A stretch of DNA of 64,000 nucleotides, taken from Bacilli bacterium. Its GTDB lineage: Bacteria; Bacillota_I; Bacilli_A; RFN20; CAG-826. Below the pieces are notes generated by a model that was not told where the DNA came from, did no database searches, and saw only the letters and a program-made list of their open reading frames with translations. The stretch lies in NCBI GenBank assembly GCA_022641095.1, contig JALCDB010000005.1, forward strand, positions 3,766 to 67,765, read 5' to 3'. Position 1 is the first letter of the stretch. Every line of letters starts with the position of its first letter. This document shows, one piece after another, positions 63,569 to 64,000 of the stretch. A program made the position numbers and the translations under genes.

Positions 63569-64000
63569 TGGAAAAACTGACGGAAGAAGACGTCGAGCAA
63601 GCCGCGAGCGTGCTCCGAAAGGGTGAGATTCTCGCTTTCCCGACCGAAACGGTTTACGGAGTCGGGGTCGTCTATGACGACGAGCGATCGTTCAATGACC
63701 TTGTGAATCTCAAGAAAAGGCCGCCCAATAAGCCTTTTCAGCTTATGTGCAGTTCTTTGGAACAAGCCATGGGATATGTGGTGGCGGGTTCAAAGGCCCA
63801 AGCCGTTATGAGACGGTTCCTTCCGGGGGAAATAACCGTTTTGGTCAATTCGAAGAAGGGGTTGCCTTGGCACGTCACCCTCGGAACGGGAATCGTTGGC
63901 ATTCGCGTCCCTGACAGCGTTTTCGTCAGAAAGATGATTGAGGCCGTCGGAAAGCCGTGTCTCGTCACGTCCGCCAATAAGAGCGGGATGCCGACTTCAA
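63569..64000 (+). CDS. tsaC: L-threonylcarbamoyladenylate synthase (TsaC/YwlC/Sua5 family); 5' part, runs off window end
   Basis: Absent from the ORF track (no stop in the window). MEKLTEEDVEQAASVLRKGEILAFPTETVYGVGVVYDD...LKKRPPNKPF...VTSANKSG. Confidence 0.85.

Noticed and set aside
1-64000. Scan for mobile elements, CRISPR arrays, tRNA/rRNA genes, prophage or classical defence genes.
   Set aside because: No transposase, integrase or recombinase motifs, no regularly spaced repeats, and no cloverleaf-like intergenic segments were found. All gaps longer than 150 nt are accounted for by promoters, operators and terminators.

Overview
A densely coding 64-kb chromosomal segment, moderately GC-rich by eye. 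I call about 55 protein genes. I saw no rRNA, tRNA, CRISPR array, transposase or integrase, so it reads as core chromosome rather than a mobile island. Gene content is Bacillota-like with Mollicutes-style traits (inference): ClpB without an N-domain under CIRCE control, Opp subunits with very large insertions, and many lipobox lipoproteins. TGA is used as a stop codon. Order of features: (1) a minus-strand TetR-led operon (GlpA-like FAD dehydrogenase, FAD oxidoreductase, DUF1667, FAD-linked oxidase that runs off the window); (2) hypB, a large Fe-S flavoprotein broken by a +1 frame change, and hypA; (3) CIRCE-clpB; (4) an esterase, a membrane-anchored XRE regulator and a small acidic ORF; (5) an orphan PIN-like/AT-hook protein; (6) two membrane proteins; (7) a 15-kb surface peptide module (giant OppA-like lipoprotein, oppBCDF, three tandem M6-like HExxH proteins, two with a clear lipobox); (8) ybaK, a GAF protein, dual-CIRCE hsp20 and a flavodiiron protein; (9) an M24 peptidase, GH2 and HAD; (10) a sORF-XRE-acidic repeat operon; (11) a fused arginine decarboxylase-agmatine deiminase plus aguB; (12) mntP, a 5'-nucleotidase lipoprotein, patatin and an RluA-family synthase; (13) fused DUF1538x2, tandem PII-like and YfhO, translationally coupled; (14) the conserved dnaX-ybaB-recR-tmk-holB-yaaT-rsmI block; (15) prfA-prmC-tsaC. 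The best candidates for undescribed biology are the sORF-XRE-acidic solenoid operon, the PIN/AT-hook protein with twin palindromes upstream, the DUF1538/PII/YfhO unit and the hypB-flavoprotein-hypA unit. None is a recognisable classical defence system, and all functional readings are inference from sequence only.
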